Part shown: piece after piece, positions 58,672 to 64,000 of the stretch
Numbering within the stretch: the stretch's first letter is position 1
Layout: each line of letters starts with the position of its first letter
DNA from: Planctomycetota bacterium
GTDB taxonomy: Bacteria > Planctomycetota > B15-G4 > SIAN01
Length of the DNA stretch: 64,000 nucleotides
Assembly (NCBI GenBank): GCA_031409275.1
Contig: JANNXA010000055.1
Coordinates: 1-64,000 of the forward strand
Direction: 5' to 3'
Program-made: the position numbers and the translations under genes
The notes under the pieces: model-generated
The model's input: the letters and a program-made list of their open reading frames with translations, nothing else
Databases searched by the model: none
Told to the model about the DNA's origin: nothing

Positions 58672-59493
58672 TCATGACGCATTGGCGTCTCCAAGCTCCG
58701 CGATCTGCGCCGAATTGACTAGCCAAGCGATTTGTTCCGCGACGCGCTTCGGACTCGGACCGCCTTCGATGAAAACACCAAGCTCCATGTTGAAGTCGAA
58801 TGCCGCCTCGGTCAGGTTTGCGCTCGTCACGAGCAACGTGGTCGAGTCGGCCAACGCGAACTTGGCGTGCAGTGCGCCGGGAGTCCCACGTCCACTCTTG
58901 GGACGGTTTTCGAGCCGCCACTCATAGACGACGGCTCCAAGATCGACGACGGACCGCAACGCCGAGATCCCGTCGTGCGTGATCCGTCCACCCCCGGACT
59001 CCCTTGATTCGAGGAGTAGCCGAACGCGCACGCCTCGCCGGAGGGCATCGACCAGTGCGTCCCGGATGCCGCTGATCGCGTACGCGACAAACGAGACGAT
59101 CCACAACTCGCTTCGAGCTCCCTGGACCAGCTCAGTCAGGGCTTGCTCGGTTCGCCGGAGGGCAGATCCCGGCTTCGTCGGCCCAGACCATACGAGTTCC
59201 ACTTGCTCACCGAGGCGCGCGGCCTCGACGGCACAAGAAGCACTCGAGATGGCCAACGCAATCGTGTCCGCTGTCACGGAGCCGCTGGCATTCCGCCAGG
59301 CAGCGACGAGAGAGTCGACGCGGTCACGACACTCAGCCGGGAATCCCGCCGGGGTGGGATCAATCCCGATTCGATCACCCGGTGTCGTTCCAAGCGACTG
59401 CAAGTGTCCGACGAGTTCCTCGGCGACGGCCGCCGGTAGGTCGGCAACAAGTTCCGCGATCTTCCGAGCCAGGAGATCAGCACGCGGGTCCAT
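58672..59493 (-). CDS. drmC: DISARM phospholipase D-like protein
   Basis: VELVWSGP, RRTEQ, single HKD LHAKFALAD, SANLT; follows drmB. Confidence 0.85.
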   Translation of the reverse strand: MDPRADLLARKIAELVADLPAAVAEELVGHLQSLGTTPGDRIGIDPTPAGFPAECRDRVDSLVAAWRNASGSVTADTIALAISSASCAVEAARLGEQVELVWSGPTKPGSALRRTEQALTELVQGARSELWIVSFVAYAISGIRDALVDALRRGVRVRLLLESRESGGGRITHDGISALRSVVDLGAVVYEWRLENRPKSGRGTPGALHAKFALADSTTLLVTSANLTEAAFDFNMELGVFIEGGPSPKRVAEQIAWLVNSAQIAELGDANAS

Positions 59494-59494
59494 G

Positions 59495-61351
59495 TCAGCT
59501 CGGCGCTCCTTCCATCCAGGGCGCGAGCGGCTTGCGAACGGTCACCGCAAGAACCGAGCGGTCGAGGTACTTGTTCCCGCGCTCGCACGATGTTTCGGAG
59601 ACGAACAAGCAGGAATGGCAGGCGGTGCCGTGGAGCACTCCTCGACCGCGCTCGGGTCGATGTTCGGCGCAAAGCGGATCCGACGAGCAAAGCTGGAGGC
59701 GCTGGAGTCCGATAGTCAGGTGTCGTCGAAGCGACTCCGATTCACCGAGGGCGACGAGCCCACCAAGCGTTCCTTCGCTGTCGGCTGCAGCTGTGAAGAG
59801 CAGGACGCCAGCCATCGCGCCGCCCTCCTCGTCCGCTCCGGCCGAGTAGATGCGTTCCTCGATACTGGCGGCCGAGTACCCGCATTCGATCGCGAACTGA
59901 CGAAGCAGCGTGTGCGACAGCGTGTGCAGGACGACATAACGCAGGCCGGGATACTGCTCCTCGGGATTGGGGATGTTGCGCGCGCGACGGAAAGAGACGT
60001 GCGCGCGGCGGAATTCGCCGTCGAGTTGTCTCGCCTCGGTCCCATCGAGCCACGCGGACAGCGTGTCCTCGCGCAAGCGGAGGAATACCCCCTCGCCCCT
60101 CACCTCGGTCGATGGGACCCAGGTCGGAGCCCCGCGTGAGAGCGGCCCGCGCTGGATCTGCGGAATTTGCGCTGGATCACCGAAATCACCGGGCGATTCG
60201 ATCCGTGTGAAGCCGATGCAGGCACGCACCACGCGCAGCCGTTCGACGAGGACGACTTCGGCGATGAACTTCTCGAACCCCCTCGGAGCCGTCGCGGACC
60301 GCACTCGGAAGTCGTCGGACTTCGGTGCAGCGGCAGGATTCGTGAGCACGCCCCACTCTTCCCGTCGCAGATCGCCGAAGGACTGAGTCGTCGCCTTCGT
60401 GATGGTTGCTCGGCGGCGCTCCTCGATGGCCTTCCAGACTTCATCCCGCGACCATGCACCGAACTGCGTCAGGACCATGAGGAGCGGCTTGAGCTGATCG
60501 ACGCTCGAGACCTCCTTCAAGACGGTCCAGATTTCGTCAACTTTCTGTCGCAGCTTTCCCTTGTCCGTCGGCAGCGACAGTGCAGAGAGCGGGATCGAAA
60601 ACCAGAGGTTCGATGCACCGATCAGCATCACGCGCGGCTTTTCCGTGCAGCCTTTGTCCTCGTAGTCGCGCCCAAGATGCGGATGCCTTCCCGTGCACTC
60701 TTGAGGCAGGTGCTTCAGCGCGTTGTCGCCGAACGCCAGCGTCATCGGCTTGCCCGCGTTGCACCCCTTGCAGAACACGCGCAGGTCGGCGACCTCGGAC
60801 GAAAGTCCGCTCTCTTGGAATTCGAGTGGCCCGGAACACCCCGGAGTCTTGTGCGCGATGAACTGGTCCCACGGGAAGTCGTCGAGATGGCCGTTCCGGC
60901 ACGCGACGACGAACCTCGCGGGAACGACCTGCGGCGGCTTGCCGATCTTGCAGTTCTTGTGCACGTAGCAGGTGCGATCCTGCCGGAATGGCTCCTCCTT
61001 CAACTCGAAGATCCCGAGATCGAGCGGCGCGAGCGTCTGGCAACGTGGGCAACGCACCCAGCGCGGGAACGTGACGACGGGCACCCCGGTGCGCGCGTCC
61101 TCGCTGAACGGATCGCTCCCGTCCCGATAGATCGGCGCGACCAGCCGTTGGACCTGGCTCCCGAGATGGCTCTGCACCAACGCGAGCAGTCGATCTTCGG
61201 TGATCTCGTTGAGAGGCGACGGTGCTGCCCACTGCTGCAATCCGGAAGGCATCACCGACATGCGCGGGAGATCGACGATGGAGCCGACCCCGTACGTGTG
61301 GAGGATCTGGCTACGCCTCGCTTGTCCGACTCGGAAGGGTGCGAACGGCAT
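59495..61351 (-). CDS. drmB: DISARM DUF1998 protein
   Basis: RRSQ..TYGVG, CRNGHLDDFPW, RGEGVF, LHTLSH, CSSDPLC, ACHSC...SETSCE. Confidence 0.9.
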   Translation of the reverse strand: MPFAPFRVGQARRSQILHTYGVGSIVDLPRMSVMPSGLQQWAAPSPLNEITEDRLLALVQSHLGSQVQRLVAPIYRDGSDPFSEDARTGVPVVTFPRWVRCPRCQTLAPLDLGIFELKEEPFRQDRTCYVHKNCKIGKPPQVVPARFVVACRNGHLDDFPWDQFIAHKTPGCSGPLEFQESGLSSEVADLRVFCKGCNAGKPMTLAFGDNALKHLPQECTGRHPHLGRDYEDKGCTEKPRVMLIGASNLWFSIPLSALSLPTDKGKLRQKVDEIWTVLKEVSSVDQLKPLLMVLTQFGAWSRDEVWKAIEERRRATITKATTQSFGDLRREEWGVLTNPAAAPKSDDFRVRSATAPRGFEKFIAEVVLVERLRVVRACIGFTRIESPGDFGDPAQIPQIQRGPLSRGAPTWVPSTEVRGEGVFLRLREDTLSAWLDGTEARQLDGEFRRAHVSFRRARNIPNPEEQYPGLRYVVLHTLSHTLLRQFAIECGYSAASIEERIYSAGADEEGGAMAGVLLFTAAADSEGTLGGLVALGESESLRRHLTIGLQRLQLCSSDPLCAEHRPERGRGVLHGTACHSCLFVSETSCERGNKYLDRSVLAVTVRKPLAPWMEGAPS

Positions 61352-61354
61352 CGA

Positions 61355-64000
61355 TCACTTCCCTCCCTTAGTGGCGTCCTCTTGGAGCACGAGACCGGGC
61401 GATGGCTCGACATCACGCAACGAGTTCAGGCACGTAAACGTCTCCCAATCCCGCTCTTCTGGCTTCTGGAGCAGCGGAACCGAGACGCCGTCCTTCCGAG
61501 CCCGGTAGACGAGCATCGGCTTCTTTCGCGCCATGTTCACCCACTCGTCGAGCACGCGGCGCAGTCGATCCGCGACCTCGTCGCCGAGAGCCTGGCTTCC
61601 CGAAACGCCTGCGACACGAGCGCGAACTTCTTGAATCGCCTGCTGTGCCGACACATCCGTCACCTGCGCGCGCGAAGCTCCGTCATTCGCTGTGAGGGTT
61701 GGAGAGCGAAGCCTTGCCAAGGAAATGAGCAATGCAGTGATCCCTCGATCGAGAGCTCGGGCCGAAAAGGGCGTCACCGAAAGTGGCTCGACCTGCTCGT
61801 AAAACGTCCCGTGGTAGTGACCAAACCTTTCGTAGTGCGACAGGTCACGCGGCCGCGCCCAGTTGTAGACCGTGCAGACGATGCCCGGATGCCGACGACC
61901 GACGCGGCTCGTCGCCTGGATGTACTCGGCCGTGCTCTTCGGCTGACCGGCGACGACCATCAGCCCGAGTCGACCGATGTCGACACCGACCGAGATCATG
62001 TTCGTCGAGAGCAGCACGTCGATCGGCTTCTGCGAAGTGAACGTCGTGCGCGCCTTCCGCTCGGCTTCGCGCTGCTTCTCCAACGCCGGATCGAAGACGG
62101 CCTCCATCAAGTCGAGCAGGCCGGGGATCTCCGTCGAGTTCCGCCGCGAGGTCAGTTCCTCGACCAACGGCCTCGGCCGCCGCGCGAGTCCGCGCTCGTT
62201 CATGCGCAGTAGTCGGTTGGCGACGTCGTCGTCCACCAGCCGTCGCATGCCGCCGAGTTCGCGGAGCGAGTTGAAGTAGCCGACGAGCGTGCACCACGGA
62301 TCCGTGTGCTTGCCGTACTGCTTGTCGTAGAGAAGCCACGTCGCCGCGAGGTAGGCCGTGTACGTTCGGATCAGAACGCCCTTGAGTCGACGACCTGGCG
62401 CGCACACTCCGACGTACAACCGCCCCGGCGTGTCCTCGCTCGACTTCCGACGAACCGAGAAGAAGTTGTCCGCGATGTCCGTTCCGGGCGGCGGGAACAC
62501 CGCGACCCTGCGCAGGAACAGCGAACGCACTTGGTGCGCCGCATTGCGGATCGTCGCCGTCGACACGATGACCTTCGGCCGCACCGTCTTGCCGCCGACC
62601 TTCCACGTACACATGGCGTCGACGGCAGTCTCGTACAGCCCGACCAAGCTCCCGAGCGGGCCGGAGATCAGGTGCAGCTCGTCCTGGATGACGAGATCCG
62701 GCGGCCGTAGCGGCGGGTGGTCGATCGTCTTGGTCGCCGGATGCGAGCCCTTTGCCGGATGCGAGTCGGCGTCCTCTAGGTCCGGCGCACGGAACCCGTG
62801 CCGTGGACAGAGGCGCAACACGCGGCCGAACAGGTTCTGCGTCGCGCCGTTCCACGGCATCTGCGCGAACTTGTCGACGGTCGCGATCAGGAGCGACGGC
62901 GGGCGTCGGTAGATTTCCTCGTCGACGACGAGGACGGGCAGTCCCTCGTCCTTCGACTTGGCCTTGCTGAACAGGCACTGGCCGTAGGTGTCACCGCAGT
63001 ACGTGATCGTGCGACAGCGCCCCTGCGCCACCGTCTCCACGTCGATGTCGCGCCCCTCCTTGATCTCGGAGCCGCACCACGGGCAGGAAGTGAGCTGAGC
63101 AGGTGATCCGCTCGCGCCTGTCTTGTGGAAGCCCTTGGAGCCACCGCCGCGCGCCTCCTGGATGTACTCGTGCGCCTCCTCGGTCCAGTTCGGCGTCGTA
63201 CGCGCGCCGACCCAGATGCCGATGCGGAACGGCTCCTCGCCCCAACGCTTGTCGCCCTTCTCAAGCGCCTCGCGGCGGATCGCCTCGCACGCGCACACGA
63301 GCACGGACGCGCGCTGGAACTGCTGCAGCGTCAACAGGCGCAGCGTGTAGCGCATCAGCACGGCGATGCCCTTCTCGCCCGAGTATCCTTCGACCATTCC
63401 CCGGAGACGGCGCAGGCCCATCACGTACGCGGAGAGCCCCAAGTACGCTTCCGTTTTTCCTCCGGCTGTCGGGAACCAGAGGAGATCGGCGACGGCCTCG
63501 CTCGCATGACTGCGCTCGGGGTGATGGAGATCCGTGCAGCTCGGCAGGTTGAGCAGGATGAACGCGAGCTGGAACGGCCTCCACAAGTGGTTCGCCGGAT
63601 CCGCGTCGATGGCCTCGAGGTCGGGCTTTCGACCGCGCCTGCGATCCTCGGCGAACTTGGAATGGATGCGCTGCTTCCACATCGCATAGTTCGCGAAGCG
63701 GAACGACTCGGCCGCCTGCTCGTCTCGCTCCAGCAGCGCGATGCCCGCCTCGACTCGACGTAGCGCCGCGCGGCAACTCGTGATCGCATCGTGCGCGGGC
63801 GACTGGTACTCGTCGAGTCTCGCCGCCGGATCCGTGATCTCGCCTTCGCGCAGGTCGATCCAGCGCTGGTACGCCTGAACGAGCGGCCGGAGCGCGGGTC
63901 CGAGTTCTGCCCGCGACTTGAAGGCCAGGACCTTCATGTCGAGTTCGAGGCCCTTGAGTCCCTCGAAGCCCTTATCGTTCTCGGTGGGCGCGTCGACGCG
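61355..64000 (-). CDS. drmA: DISARM helicase (partial; frame open to the window edge)
   Basis: WRPFQLAF, FPTAGGKTEAY, QDELHL, TNMISVGVD, QATSRVGR, RPRDLSHYE. Confidence 0.9.
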   Translation of the reverse strand, partial: RVDAPTENDKGFEGLKGLELDMKVLAFKSRAELGPALRPLVQAYQRWIDLREGEITDPAARLDEYQSPAHDAITSCRAALRRVEAGIALLERDEQAAESFRFANYAMWKQRIHSKFAEDRRRGRKPDLEAIDADPANHLWRPFQLAFILLNLPSCTDLHHPERSHASEAVADLLWFPTAGGKTEAYLGLSAYVMGLRRLRGMVEGYSGEKGIAVLMRYTLRLLTLQQFQRASVLVCACEAIRREALEKGDKRWGEEPFRIGIWVGARTTPNWTEEAHEYIQEARGGGSKGFHKTGASGSPAQLTSCPWCGSEIKEGRDIDVETVAQGRCRTITYCGDTYGQCLFSKAKSKDEGLPVLVVDEEIYRRPPSLLIATVDKFAQMPWNGATQNLFGRVLRLCPRHGFRAPDLEDADSHPAKGSHPATKTIDHPPLRPPDLVIQDELHLISGPLGSLVGLYETAVDAMCTWKVGGKTVRPKVIVSTATIRNAAHQVRSLFLRRVAVFPPPGTDIADNFFSVRRKSSEDTPGRLYVGVCAPGRRLKGVLIRTYTAYLAATWLLYDKQYGKHTDPWCTLVGYFNSLRELGGMRRLVDDDVANRLLRMNERGLARRPRPLVEELTSRRNSTEIPGLLDLMEAVFDPALEKQREAERKARTTFTSQKPIDVLLSTNMISVGVDIGRLGLMVVAGQPKSTAEYIQATSRVGRRHPGIVCTVYNWARPRDLSHYERFGHYHGTFYEQVEPLSVTPFSARALDRGITALLISLARLRSPTLTANDGASRAQVTDVSAQQAIQEVRARVAGVSGSQALGDEVADRLRRVLDEWVNMARKKPMLVYRARKDGVSVPLLQKPEERDWETFTCLNSLRDVEPSPGLVLQEDATKGGK

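Noticed and set aside
60167..62212. 681-aa plus-strand ORF
   Set aside because: Antisense to drmB/drmA.
1..64000. tRNA/rRNA genes and att direct repeats bounding the island
   Set aside because: None recognised by eye; serine recombinase att cores can be too short to see without comparative data.

Overview
High-GC bacterial accessory region, probably from a Planctomycetota genome (an inference from gene content, not shown directly). From left to right: (1) 0.6-6.8 kb: an FAD oxidoreductase/UbiG-like methyltransferase pair and membrane-protein genes. (2) 6.8-18.2 kb: a mobile-DNA hotspot built on a repeated non-coding element with terminal inverted repeats (GTAGGGTGCAACCGAACGGCCG ... CGGCCGTTCGGCTGCACCATAAG), holding several toxin-antitoxin modules, rve/DDE transposases, IS1182/IS1380 remnants and possible orphan toxin/immunity pieces. 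(3) 18.2-37.1 kb: a signal-peptide-bearing, ~2160-aa Rhs toxin with an HExxH C-terminal tip, a helper gene and an ECF sigma factor, divergent from a near-complete type II secretion operon (gspDEFGHIJK, C-, L- and M-like genes, TPR pilotin). This is the best candidate for an undescribed system: a dedicated T2SS-Rhs toxin export locus. (4) 40-52 kb: a phage-satellite-like element with ParB-MTase, lambda-type terminase subunits, a lambda/N15-like cos site, an iteron-containing rep gene, DUF2924 and a large serine recombinase, but no portal, capsid or tail genes. (5) 54.8-64 kb: a DISARM-like defence operon (drmA partial, drmB, drmC) extended by DUF262, a HEPN protein, Vsr and a C5 methyltransferase. 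No rRNA, tRNA or CRISPR array was seen. All family calls come from visual motif recognition, not database searches.
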